DNA from: Candidatus Bathyarchaeota archaeon
Lineage (GTDB): Archaea > Thermoproteota > Bathyarchaeia > Bathyarchaeales > Bathycorpusculaceae
DNA length: 64,000 bases
NCBI GenBank assembly: GCA_963733095.1
Contig: CAVTBV010000001.1
Span: 128,001-192,000 of the forward strand
Direction: 5' to 3'
The translations under genes were made by a program, and so were the position numbers. This document shows, piece by piece, positions 49,634 through 59,509 of the stretch. The notes below the pieces were generated by a model. The model was given only the letters and a program-made list of their open reading frames with translations. It searched no databases and was not told the origin of the DNA. Every line of letters starts with the position of its first letter. Position 1 is the first letter of the stretch.

Positions 49634-50092
49634 TCACGATTTCTTGGTTGCTGTTGAACGCTTAGACCAAGTGGTTAAGCTGTAAATCGCTACCGCGAAA
49701 AGGCACACCAACACCAGCACCTTAAGATAAGAAAACGAGTCGAAAAGCGAAACAGACAACAACGTAGCTGGAATCGGCAACAATAGCAAATAGACGAAAG
49801 CCACCAGCCCAATTCTATTGCCCACGCTCTCCTTTTTTACAAATCCCCTTCCGAAAAAAGCGCCTGATAATTTTCCAAAACCGCTCGTGCAAGCCTTGCA
49901 TTTGTAGCAGCTACTGCAGCCCAGCCTACGTAAGACTGCATAAACCATGAAAGCCAAAAAAATCAGGTAGAGCCAACTGTAAAGAAAACTGTAAAGCAAG
50001 AAGCTGTAGAATGCTAGCAAAATCCATGCTAAAAGCCCAAGGTTCCCCAAAACAAGAAGTTTGCGGGTGAAGTAGAGTTTTTCTTCAGTCAA
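49634..50092 (-). CDS. Hypothetical four-TM protein with Cys cluster
   Basis: Hydrophobic helices around CSSCYKCKAC. Confidence 0.7.
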   Translation of the reverse strand: MTEEKLYFTRKLLVLGNLGLLAWILLAFYSFLLYSFLYSWLYLIFLAFMVYAVLRRLGCSSCYKCKACTSGFGKLSGAFFGRGFVKKESVGNRIGLVAFVYLLLLPIPATLLSVSLFDSFSYLKVLVLVCLFAVAIYSLTTWSKRSTATKKS

Positions 50093-50191
50093 AGCATTTG
50101 CTCCTTTTCCTAATGGAGTTTTCTTGCTTATAGGTCATTGGTTTTGAATGCGTCGTCGTTTTGAAGACGACTTGTGCATGTGTAATATTGG

Positions 50192-50473
50192 CTATTTTTG
50201 TTTGATTATGCCGTAGCTTTGCTTTTTCCAAGCGTCACGGAATTTATTGTAGTAATCTATAGGTTGGAAGACGGGCGCGTAAGTTAACGACCATTCAAGT
50301 CCGCATTTGCAGACTGCGTACACTTCTTTGGTTTTAAGGTTCACGCAAATCTGCAGTAGTTCTTTTCGGCATTTGGGGCAGTAGTATGGTCCATTTACCA
50401 TTTGCTTTGCGTCTTTTGTTAGGATCTTCATTCGGCTTCCGGGAATTTTTTGTCTATCCTTTCCTGAACTCAT
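50192..50473 (-). CDS. Elf1-like zinc-ribbon protein
   Basis: Basic N-terminus, CPKC...AVCKCGL...PVFQPIDYYNKFRD matches the Elf1 pattern CPxC...CxxCG...EPVDVYxxFxD. Confidence 0.6.
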   Translation of the reverse strand: MSSGKDRQKIPGSRMKILTKDAKQMVNGPYYCPKCRKELLQICVNLKTKEVYAVCKCGLEWSLTYAPVFQPIDYYNKFRDAWKKQSYGIIKQK

Positions 50474-50895
50474 CTTAGTCAACCTAAACTGCAATATTCA
50501 TAAGTCGTGACTAAGATATAGGCTTCCCTGCAAAAATGGTTTTCCAGTCTTTTTTCATCAACTACTTATCCCTAAAGCAACATTGCCATCAACCTTAGCT
50601 TATGGGGACAGCGATCAAATTTTATATTTGACTAAGTTTGTTCTTTTGGTTGAAGGTAGAACCATCGCGTAGAAATGGGCAGGGTATAAATCGAATATTT
50701 CCCATTTTCCTCTCACAAGAAAAAGCGCTCTTAAGAAGAAATATCCATAGATATGCAATATATTGTTAGTCAATATTCACAATTTTATGGCATTTAACAA
50801 ACCCTCAACATGAAGTAAGTTATCGTCGCATTGCATATTTTCTGTAGATAAAATTCTTATCCTCAGCAGTCATTGAGTGCAATGGTTGATTCTCA

Positions 50896-51042
50896 ATGGC
50901 ACACTGTCCTTTTTGTGGCGCAGATATTGACAAACCCTCAAAGGTGCTGAAAAACCATGTTTTCAGAATCGAAGGGTATGATTGTGGTAAATGCCACAGT
51001 AAATTCAAAATAGCAGTTCAAAAATTGCAAATAGATATGTAA
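50896..51042 (+). CDS. Small zinc-ribbon protein (48 aa), possibly Cren7-like
   Basis: Absent from the ORF track (<60 aa): MAHCPFCGADIDKPSKVLKNHVFRIEGYDCGKCHSKFKIAVQKLQIDM*. Confidence 0.65.
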   Translation: MAHCPFCGADIDKPSKVLKNHVFRIEGYDCGKCHSKFKIAVQKLQIDM

Positions 51043-51244
51043 GCATTAACCTAACAGCAGTCTTTTTTTTCATATTGTTTGCAGGTTGCAACGGGCAGTG
51101 TGTCTAGGACGTAAAACAGTCTATCACATATCTTTCCAATATTGAGAAAACTAAGCTATTTCGAGAATATGCGTCACTTTAAGGAACTTTTCTAAAAATT
51201 CAAATACGTAAACTAATGTTTGTAAAGTGAAGGTATGATTTAAA

Positions 51245-51499
51245 ATGAAAAAATTCTCACAAGTTAATTTCAACAGGTTGCTTAAACAGTACAAAGCACT
51301 AAGTGGAGAAAGGTTGGAAATAGAGAATGAGCTTCTTAGGTCATATGAGTCTTTAACTGTTGATAAAACTGTAACATTAACCTCTGCATCAACTTCTGAT
51401 AAATTCAAAACAATCATATCCTTGAGGGAAAGGTTGAAAATCGTAAGTAAAGAAATGAAGAAGATAGACAAGAAGATTTTGAAATCGTTTGAAGACTAA
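51245..51499 (+). CDS. Small hypothetical coiled-coil protein
   Basis: 84-aa ATG ORF, helical and charged. Confidence 0.5.
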   Translation: MKKFSQVNFNRLLKQYKALSGERLEIENELLRSYESLTVDKTVTLTSASTSDKFKTIISLRERLKIVSKEMKKIDKKILKSFED

Positions 51500-51585
51500 T
51501 CTATTTTCTTCTTCACACTCCAAAAATAGTTCTTAACATCTCTATCCCGTAATTTAATAAATTAACAAAAAACACATAAACCACT

Positions 51586-51852
51586 ATGTCATCCAAGAGA
51601 CTAACAACTTACATTATTGTTTTCAATATTGTGATGAGTTTACTGCTATTACCATCTAGCCAATTGATTCTCTCAGAGCTAATAAGCACAGACAAAGTAG
51701 TAAGGATCAGTAGGTGTATCTATTGATACCCAATACATTGGTCCAATCGAATTAACCCCTACAGGAGTTGGAGCACTATTATGGAATTATCCATTGTTTG
51801 TATTTATCTTTACATTAATAGTAATGCCATCTTCATCATAACACTAAGATGA
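51586..51852 (+). pseudogene. Possible frameshifted small two-TM protein remnant
   Basis: MSSKRLTTYIIVFNIVMSLLLL... in one frame continues as GSVGVSIDTQ...WNYPLFVFIFTLIV in another. Confidence 0.3.
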
Positions 51853-52251
51853 GAAAACAAAGCAGACTGACGCTCCCAAATTACCTTCTAATGGTCACTA
51901 AATAGCTCTTTCAGCTCTCTGGTCAGCTCCAAGCCATAAGGAAGCATTAAAATCAAGATTAAATGTGTAAAGTTAGAATGCCGATGTAAGAAGATGGGTT
52001 TAACTCAGATATTTCTAAACAGAGAAGGCACTATCAGGTATGATAGGATTCTCTATTATTCCCATAATGATTCATTGACTCATAAGCCCCAATTTACTTA
52101 TTGCAAGATAGATAACTTGACGCTCTGAAAGATTTATTAAAATCACACAATATTTCATTGGATACTGAAAAGGCAATAAGTGGTCAAATAGGTCAAGCAT
52201 GGAATGTTGACCTATTAAAGCCTGAAGTGAGCCTTAATCAGCAAAACAAGG

Positions 52252-52330
52252 GCGGTTGTCGTCTAGTCTGGTTTAGGACTTTAGCCTTCCAAGCTAATGA
52301 TCCCGGGTTCAAATCCCGGCGACCGCACCA
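52252..52330 (+). tRNA. tRNA-Gly(TCC), intronless, CCA encoded
   Basis: Acceptor GCGGTTG/CGACCGC-A-CCA, anticodon arm TTAGC-CT TCC AA-GCTAA, T-arm CCGGG-TTCAAAT-CCCGG. Confidence 0.95.
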
Positions 52331-52418
52331 TTTTATTCTTAATTTTGAGTCTTTGAACTGTTGCAAATTGATTTGTGCAGAAACAGCTTTTTGAATGGGT
52401 ATTCTGGAAGATTAATTT

Positions 52419-52664
52419 TATGGCAAAATACCATGACATTGTAAAAGGAACTGTAAAATAAGCCTTTAGAACTGTAAGTTAAGTGTATTGCCCCATTTTC
52501 ATGGTAAAGAGCATGGTAAACAAAAAGCTATTTTATAGTATTTGTAATCAGCCCAAAACATGGTTTATTCGTTTATCGGCGTGATTTACCGTGCTTTTAG
52601 CGTAAATAGGCGTGTAAACAGAATGATTATTGCCATTTAACTTATAAAAAGCCGTTTTGCCATG
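52419..52664. repeat. Cluster of 9-nt CATGGYAAA-like motifs in both orientations
   Basis: 52419 TATGGCAAA, 52427 AATACCATG (rc), 52437 CATTGTAAA, 52500 and 52512 CATGGTAAA, 52559 CATGGTTTA, 52585 TTTACCGTG (rc), 52656 TTTGCCATG (rc). Confidence 0.6.
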
Positions 52665-53246
52665 TGCTGCTCTTGTAAACATTAATTTGGCAGAAGAAGC
52701 GCGAGACTAGTCGTAAATAATGAAAAATAAGCGATAAAATAATTGATGGCAATCAATCAACAATCAGAAATTCAATAACGAACATCATAATTGGTTGAAA
52801 TTAACCTTAAAAAACTTTATAGTACGCCGATGTCACATTAAATTCTATATAAAAAAATCCATCTAACACACTCTAACAATTAGTCAGATACAACATCAAT
52901 AATCACAGACAGTATAAACGCACGTATTAGACAGCTACACAAAAAAAGAGTTTACACGCAAAATTGCAAAGACAATCTACAGAAGCAACTGACCTAATCA
53001 AACCATTTAGAGCCATTAATTGGTTAAGCACTTTTTTGCCTAGTAATGTAAAGGCGTTTTAACTAATCAATCTATCAGAAAATAGAAAAACCGAGAGGTT
53101 CCTCTCTCAAACAAGTGTTGGAAGTGCCTAGTTACAAGCATCAAGTTACAGTTTCGCATCGGTTATTAACAGATTTTAGCTTAGAACAGCTTCTTTAAAA
53201 AATAAGCCTAGTTTAATTAAGAGATTAGCCTACATAAATAAGCAAT

Positions 53247-53441
53247 ATGACGATGCCTCCCTATTATGAGGCGATGCTCCCTATACTCAGGATAACATCC
53301 GATAAAAAAGAGCATTCGTTAAAAGAAACAGAACTGCTAGCGAAATTTTATTTTAGAATTGGCTTGTTAGCTTATGCCGACCTTTTCCTTATGAAGGTGG
53401 GTATCCACCCTCTATCAGTCACATATGAGATAGAGAAGTAA
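53247..53441 (+). pseudogene. Mrr restriction protein N-terminal remnant
   Basis: MTMPPYYEAMLPILRITSDKKEHSLKE resembles Mrr_N (M.IPDYQ..MLPLL....D..EHS..E); similarity is lost after about 35 aa and no nuclease domain follows. Confidence 0.6.
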
Positions 53442-53486
53442 GTAATCAAATTATAATCAGTAAAGTAATAGAATAATTGTCAGGTA

Positions 53487-53846
53487 TTATGGTAATAGAT
53501 TAATCAAGCTAGAGTTTATTTTTCTATTGTTTTTATTGGCAACTTCAAAGAAGCTGTTGAACCTGTCTATGTCTCGGCTGGCATGAATTGTGAATACGGC
53601 TTTGTCAGTTGAAGCCACTATCTTATCACTAAGTTGTTTAACTTGAGGTTCAGAATAATTTTGTCGTGTTTCTTTAACCGCCATTCTGGTGCCTTCACAA
53701 ATTAAGGCAATTGGCTCAACATCTTTAGCTTTTTTAAGGAAGTTTTCTGTAGGTAAATAAGGTGAAGCTAAGTCAACACTGTGGAATGATGTTTTTATTT
53801 TCTTTCTTACGCCAAGTTCTGTTGTGCGCCAAGTTTGCCACTCCAT
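53487..53846 (-). pseudogene. Internal fragment of RNase J-like MBL/beta-CASP hydrolase
   Basis: TENFLKKAK....ALICEGTR...SE..V...RDIDRFNSFFEVA.KNNRK; the HxHxDH N-domain and the C-terminus are missing. Confidence 0.6.
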
Positions 53847-54142
53847 TTCTAACTGTGACTGAGTTTTATTTCCTATGGCTTCAGAAGTCTTAAAAAAGCT
53901 GTAAAAATTAGAACCTCAGAACTTGTGCCAAATGCAGTGCCCAAAAATTACAGAGCTAATTAGCTTGTTGAAATGCTTATGCAAACAAAGATTTAATTTG
54001 TCGGCTACCGGCACTAAAATTTGCGCAATTCTTAAAAGGCAACATCCCCGTGATTCTACTTTATGCGGGTGCTCGTTGAGCTTAAGGCTATGTGCAAGTG
54101 TGTTTATGATTTGATGGTGAAACGTGGGAGGTTTAGCGTAAC

Positions 54143-54799
54143 TTGTCGATTAAAATATCAACGCTTGTTTTAACCTCAAGCAAGTTAATCCCTAACAGCC
54201 CAGAAAAACTCAGAGGGAATATTGCATCTAAACACTTAAACAACCTGTTGTTTCATCAACACTTGCAAAACAGTAAATTAGCGTATAGATATCCATTAAT
54301 ACATTACTTAATTTTGCGAGGGCAAGCAATAATTTTTGGTATACAAGCCGGCGCAGATGAAGTATCAAAGTTATTTAGTGAATTAGATGACCTAACCATT
54401 GGAACTGAAAAATATCCTATCCTTGATAAACGATTAAACATAAAAGCTCACATATTTACGGTTATAGATTCACAGAAGCAATACTATTTCGTTACACCGT
54501 GGCTGGCTTTAAACAATACTAATTACGTGAAATACAATGATGCAAATTGGATCACAAGAAAAGAATTATTATCGCGGATACTCATAGGGAACATACTTTC
54601 CGCAACAAAAGGGCTCGACATCAAAGTAGATAAAAAAATTTTTGCTGAAATACAATATGTTAAACCCGTTAATTGCAACATAAAGGACAGTTTCATACTA
54701 GGGTTTTACGGGCAATTCAAAATAAACTTTGATATGCCTCCATTATTCAGTATAGGTAAATCAGTATCTAGAGGATTTGGGGTTATTTTGGAGGGATAG
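54143..54799 (+). CDS. cas6: CRISPR endoribonuclease Cas6 (Cas6b-like)
   Basis: KLRG, LFHQH, YRYPLIHY, FVTPWLALN..NY, LIGNILS, G-loop IGKSVSRGFG; GGAGG RBS. Confidence 0.92.
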   Translation: MSIKISTLVLTSSKLIPNSPEKLRGNIASKHLNNLLFHQHLQNSKLAYRYPLIHYLILRGQAIIFGIQAGADEVSKLFSELDDLTIGTEKYPILDKRLNIKAHIFTVIDSQKQYYFVTPWLALNNTNYVKYNDANWITRKELLSRILIGNILSATKGLDIKVDKKIFAEIQYVKPVNCNIKDSFILGFYGQFKINFDMPPLFSIGKSVSRGFGVILEG

Positions 54800-54801
54800 A
54801 A

Positions 54802-55773
54802 ATGCAGCTTGTTATAAACAATTTTGGTGCATATCTTAGGAAACATAATGACATGTTTCTGGTCATGATGGATGAAAAAAATATTGAGGTGCCTGTAATT
54901 AAAGTGGACAATATTTGGATATCCACTTCAGCTCTCGTTTCTACTGACGCTATTCAGTGTGCGATGAAAAACAATATTGATATTGTATTCCTTGACGAAT
55001 ATGGCGATCCATACGCTAGAGTATGGCACCCCAATTTAGGGAGCACACCATTGATTAGGCGGAGACAATTAGAAGCAAGTGTAGGTGATAAAGGACTCGA
55101 CTTAGTTAAAGAATGGATCGAAAAGAAACTGAAAAATCAAATTGACTTGTTAAAGAAACTGAAAAAAACTAGACCGGTGCAGCAAGAGCAATTAGCATTT
55201 GTTATTGAACAGATTCAAAAATATAATAAGCAAATTTGTGAACTTGAGGGTAAAATTGACGAAAGCCGGCAAAAAATTCTTGGTCTTGAGGGCATTTCAT
55301 CACGCATATATTTTGAGGCCCTTTCAGATGCGCTGTCACAAAAATGGAAATTCAAAGGTAGAAGTAGGCGTCCGGCAAAGGATCCTTTTAATTGCACTTT
55401 AAATTATGGGTATGGTGTTCTTTATAGCATAGTTGAAAGAACCTGTATTTTAGCGGGGCTTGATCCTTACGTTGGTTTTCTTCACACTGATGATTATAAC
55501 AAAAAATCGTTTGTTTTTGACGTTATAGAGCAGTATAGAAGTCATGTTGACGAGATAGTGCTTTTTCTTTTTACACGTAAAATGATGAACGATACCTGTT
55601 TTGATTTGGTTGAAGGTGGATGTGTGTTAAATGATAATGGTAAAAAGATTTTAATGACCACTTTAAATGATCATTTCGACACGTACGTTATGTATCAACG
55701 AAAGAAAACTAAGATACGAAATATTATCCAATCTAACTGTTACTGCATAGCAAATGAACTAACTGGAAAGTGA
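54802..55773 (+). CDS. cas1: CRISPR integrase Cas1
   Basis: GLEGISSRIYF, FKGRSRRPAKDPFN..LNYGYG.LY, GLDPYVGFLH, FVFDVIEQYR. Confidence 0.96.
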   Translation: MQLVINNFGAYLRKHNDMFLVMMDEKNIEVPVIKVDNIWISTSALVSTDAIQCAMKNNIDIVFLDEYGDPYARVWHPNLGSTPLIRRRQLEASVGDKGLDLVKEWIEKKLKNQIDLLKKLKKTRPVQQEQLAFVIEQIQKYNKQICELEGKIDESRQKILGLEGISSRIYFEALSDALSQKWKFKGRSRRPAKDPFNCTLNYGYGVLYSIVERTCILAGLDPYVGFLHTDDYNKKSFVFDVIEQYRSHVDEIVLFLFTRKMMNDTCFDLVEGGCVLNDNGKKILMTTLNDHFDTYVMYQRKKTKIRNIIQSNCYCIANELTGK

Positions 55774-56066
55774 CTTCTTTGCTTGTTTGGGTGATATATG
55801 ATATTAGCGACAACAGTGTCCGAAATGTCGTGGCTAATCGATGTAAAGGTTATGGGTTATACAGGGTTCAGAAAAGCGCTTTCTTAGGTACATTGAATTC
55901 TAGTCAGCTGGATTCTCTCGCCCTTGAATGTCGAGATTTGATCGAAGAAACCGATTCAGTATATGTTTTTCCAATGTGTGATAAGTGTTTAAAGCAAATA
56001 CAATTACTGGGAAAAGACTTTGACCTTGAGCTTGTGAGGGATAAGCTTGGCATCATGTTTCTCTGA
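55770..56066 (+). CDS. cas2: Cas2
   Basis: VIYDISDN..R, GLYRVQKSAF, DSVYVFP. Confidence 0.95.
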   Translation: MTSLLVWVIYDISDNSVRNVVANRCKGYGLYRVQKSAFLGTLNSSQLDSLALECRDLIEETDSVYVFPMCDKCLKQIQLLGKDFDLELVRDKLGIMFL

Positions 56067-56646
56067 AGAGTCAATCACAATTAGCGATGTAATTGAGTAT
56101 CTTTTCTGTCCTCGCTTCACCTATTTTATTCATTGTTTGGGAATACCTCAACGTGAGGGGCGATTAATTAAAGTGCAGAAGGGCAGAGCACTTCATAAAA
56201 GTAAAGAGAAAACAAACCTTGGATATCTGAGGAAACGATACCGAGTAACGGATAAACTCATTGGGATTTATCTTTGCTCAAAGAAACACCGGATTAGAGG
56301 TAGTATGGATGAGGTGCTTTTTTTTGATGATGGTTCAGCGGCGCCATTAGACTATAAATTTGCTAAATACAGTAATCACGTTTTTAATACTCATAAATAC
56401 CAATCTGCGTTGTATGGATTAATGATAGCGGAACATTTCAATCGTCCCGTGCATAGAGGTTATCTGTGTTATTGCCGTAGCGGAAACAAGATTGTGGAGA
56501 TACCATTAAATGAGAAACTGTTTCAGCAAGCAGGGGACATAATAAAGAACATATTTTTTATTATTCAAAGGGAAGAGTTTCCCGAAGTAACGGGAAATAA
56601 GAAACGATGCGTTGATTGCTGCTACAGACGAATCTGTCCACATTGA
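56047..56646 (+). CDS. cas4: Cas4
   Basis: YLFCPR, G..LH, G.MD, PLDYK, Q...Y, C-terminal CVDCCYRRIC (Fe-S ligands). Confidence 0.93.
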   Translation: MASCFSEESITISDVIEYLFCPRFTYFIHCLGIPQREGRLIKVQKGRALHKSKEKTNLGYLRKRYRVTDKLIGIYLCSKKHRIRGSMDEVLFFDDGSAAPLDYKFAKYSNHVFNTHKYQSALYGLMIAEHFNRPVHRGYLCYCRSGNKIVEIPLNEKLFQQAGDIIKNIFFIIQREEFPEVTGNKKRCVDCCYRRICPH

Positions 56647-56688
56647 TGCAAAATGTTTTAAGCAATATTTGCTGTTATTCAGTGCATT

Positions 56689-58590
56689 ATGATCGAAGCC
56701 ATCTATAACGTTGGCGTTTACTCCTTAAGTAATAAGCATGTTAGTCTTGATGATGTTGAACATGCAACTGAAATCTTATGTGAAGACCCAAAAAGTTCAG
56801 ATCTTTATAAAACCATAATAACTGTAGAGCTTAGCAAAAAAGGCGAAGATATAACTTTTATTCGAGTTGGAACCGACGAATATACATCAGACAAAGTAGC
56901 CAGTTATCTTTACAGGCGTGGTAGTTCAAATGGGCCAGATCTTTCTCCTACATGTAGATTAACAGAGCCTAAGAAAACGTTTAGAGGGAAATTTCTCAAA
57001 TGGTTCGATGCTGACTTTTCTGATCCTTCATACGGGCTCACCGAAGATGAACGTGCGCTCCTCACTAGCATCAAAGCATGTATACTATCAAACAGCAAAC
57101 AAATACTTGAAGACATCACCGCTGAATATAATTCTCTTAAAAAAGAGAGACAAAGTGGAATAATCACAATAATTCTTCACGACAAGGGTGAAAAAAAATA
57201 TCTCGGAGACATTTCTGCGTTTAGGAAAATATTACGTGTAAATGCTTTGGCAAATTATTCTCAAAAATTTAATAAAATCTCAAAATCAAAAAACCAGACA
57301 TGTGCTATTTGTAAAGAAAAAAGGGCTGAAGTGTACGGTTTTGTTTCAACTTATAATTTCTATACAGTTGATAAGCCAGGCATGGTATCTGGGGGCTTTG
57401 ATCAAAGCAAAGCTTGGAAAAACTATCCTGTCTGTAGAAATTGCGCGTTAACTCTTGAAGAAGGTAAAAAATTTCTAGAAGAAAATGCCACGTTTAGATT
57501 TTACAGTTTTGATTATTTCTTGATTCCAAAGTCTGTAACGATTAACGTTAATGATGAAGTTTACGAACCACTGCAATATTATCATGCGAAAGGGGCACAA
57601 ATTAGGTTAACAAAAGTTTATAAAAAACTATTGGACGAAACAGAGGACGATATATTTGATTATATTTCAGGTAAACCTAACACGTTCCAATGTAATATCC
57701 TAATTTATGCTGCTTCAAATAATGAATTCAAGATTTTACGGTATATTGAAGGTGTATTCCCGAGTAGATTACGTGAACTCTTCAAAGTAAAAGAGTCTGT
57801 TGACCAAAACCGGTATTTTAAAGAATATACTGTCAAGGTTTATGAGAAAAAGAAACAAACTGGAGAAAAACCACTGGAGTTTAACTTCGGTTCGTTTTGG
57901 TATTTTTTCGGAAAACGAATGGATGAAGATAAGAGTTCATATTTCCTTGATATTGTAACCAAGGTTTTCCAGAACGAAAAAGTTAGCTACCGTTTCTTCA
58001 TCAACGGTATAGTTAACCGTATGAGGAAACAGTTTGCACAGGATTACAGTACAAAGGAGGCTGGAATGAGAGGTCTCTGTTCTTTGCTATATCTCCAGCG
58101 ATTAGGTATTCTAAGTGATTATGATCACGGTGATAAGATGAATGAAAATAAACTTCGTGAAATAATAAGCGATCCCAAACATGAAAATAGCACACAAAAA
58201 CTCGAAGCCGTCTTTAATAGTTTCCCTGAATTCTTCAACAGAAACTCTACGCGTGCAGTTTTCATTGTAGGCGCTCTCACGCAACTTCTAATTGACATCC
58301 AATGCATTATTAGGGGTGTCCCACCCGCACGTGCACCGTTCAGGGTAAAACTTCTGGGTCTTCGGTTAGATCAAAGAAAAGTTGAATCACTTTTTCCGGA
58401 AATACAGAACAAGTTTGAAGAATACGAGAAAAACTATTATAGTCAATTGGAGAAACTTGCTACCGAGTATTTAATTCAAGCTGGCACTGATTGGAGGCTA
58501 TCCAAAGATGAAGTTAGTTTCTATTTCGTGCTGGGAATGAATTTGGCTAGCTATTTAAAACAATCAAAAGAGTTGAAAAATGATGAGTGA
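56689..58590 (+). CDS. cas8b: Type I-B large subunit Cas8b (TM1802/Csh1-like)
   Basis: MIEAIYNVG, YLYRRGSSNG, CAIC, FYTVDKPG, NYPVCRNC, C-terminal Cas11-like region ending FYFVLGM. Confidence 0.9.
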   Translation: MIEAIYNVGVYSLSNKHVSLDDVEHATEILCEDPKSSDLYKTIITVELSKKGEDITFIRVGTDEYTSDKVASYLYRRGSSNGPDLSPTCRLTEPKKTFRGKFLKWFDADFSDPSYGLTEDERALLTSIKACILSNSKQILEDITAEYNSLKKERQSGIITIILHDKGEKKYLGDISAFRKILRVNALANYSQKFNKISKSKNQTCAICKEKRAEVYGFVSTYNFYTVDKPGMVSGGFDQSKAWKNYPVCRNCALTLEEGKKFLEENATFRFYSFDYFLIPKSVTINVNDEVYEPLQYYHAKGAQIRLTKVYKKLLDETEDDIFDYISGKPNTFQCNILIYAASNNEFKILRYIEGVFPSRLRELFKVKESVDQNRYFKEYTVKVYEKKKQTGEKPLEFNFGSFWYFFGKRMDEDKSSYFLDIVTKVFQNEKVSYRFFINGIVNRMRKQFAQDYSTKEAGMRGLCSLLYLQRLGILSDYDHGDKMNENKLREIISDPKHENSTQKLEAVFNSFPEFFNRNSTRAVFIVGALTQLLIDIQCIIRGVPPARAPFRVKLLGLRLDQRKVESLFPEIQNKFEEYEKNYYSQLEKLATEYLIQAGTDWRLSKDEVSFYFVLGMNLASYLKQSKELKNDE

Positions 58591-59500
58591 AATAGTATCT
58601 AACAGATCTGAAATAGTTTTTCTCTATGACGTTAAGGATAGTAATCCTAATGGGGATCCTTTGGATGAGAATAAGCCGCGCATAGACGAAGAGAGCATGT
58701 TAAATCTCGTTACGGATGTTCGATTAAAAAGAACAGTTCGCGATTATCTGTATGACTTCCGTAACGAAGAGGTATTCATTTTAGGCGTGAAAAAAGATGA
58801 CGGTACACTAAAGACTAAAGAAGAACGCATGACTGATCTGAAAATTGAATCGGCTAACGATCTGACCAATAAATGTATCGATATACGGTTATTTGGAGCG
58901 ACAGCTGCAGTTAAAAAGAATACTATTATTTTCACAGGGCCTGTCCAGTTTAAGATAGGGCGATCTTTGCATAAAGTGCAGCTAAAATTCATTAAGGGTA
59001 CGACAGTTTATCCATCAGATAAAGGTAAAGATCAAGGTACTTTTACTGAGATGTATGTTCTTCCGTATAGTCTCATAGGTTTCTATGGGGTAGTTAACGA
59101 GAACGCTGCTAAACACACTAAGCTTACAAATAGTGACGTTGACCTGTTGATGGATGCCCTTTGGAACGGAACTAAAAATTTGATTAGTCGTTCTAAAGTT
59201 GGTCAGGTGCCTAGGCTTCTCTTGAAAATAAACTACAAAGAAAAAAACTATCACATAGGCGATCTTAACGCTTTACTCGTACTCAAATCGGAAATTAGAG
59301 ATGAAGAAATTAGAGACATCGACGATTACGTTCTAAATGTGACTCAGTTACTTGACAAACTACGTGCTAATGCCGACAAAATAAGGGATATAGATCTGAT
59401 GCTTGATGAACGGTTAACATTCAAACGCGAAAGTGACCAAATTGATCTGACAAAAGAGCTTGTTAAACAAGGCTTAACAGTGAATCAGCTTGATCTCTAA
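58580..59500 (+). CDS. cas7: Type I-B Cas7 (Csh2)
   Basis: NRSEIVFLYD...NPNGDP..ENKPRID, TDVRLKRTVRDY, DIRLFGAT, TGPVQF, SRSKVGQ.PR. Confidence 0.95.
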   Translation: MMSEIVSNRSEIVFLYDVKDSNPNGDPLDENKPRIDEESMLNLVTDVRLKRTVRDYLYDFRNEEVFILGVKKDDGTLKTKEERMTDLKIESANDLTNKCIDIRLFGATAAVKKNTIIFTGPVQFKIGRSLHKVQLKFIKGTTVYPSDKGKDQGTFTEMYVLPYSLIGFYGVVNENAAKHTKLTNSDVDLLMDALWNGTKNLISRSKVGQVPRLLLKINYKEKNYHIGDLNALLVLKSEIRDEEIRDIDDYVLNVTQLLDKLRANADKIRDIDLMLDERLTFKRESDQIDLTKELVKQGLTVNQLDL

Positions 59501-59509
59501 TTGTGATGT

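Noticed and set aside
52158-52394. 78-aa ORF
   Set aside because: Overlaps tRNA-Gly; shadow ORF
53923-54114. 63-aa Cys-rich ORF upstream of cas6 as a possible toxin or Acr
   Set aside because: TTG start without RBS, no recognisable motif, and it overlaps the structured putative RNA region; cannot be supported
54087-54123. GGTGAAAC as the end of a third degenerate repeat
   Set aside because: Only the last 6 nt match the repeat, with no hairpin or 5' similarity
56647-56688. cas8b promoter as target of the putative mini-array spacer
   Set aside because: Only GCTTA (5 nt) matches on the bottom strand and seed positions 7-11 mostly mismatch
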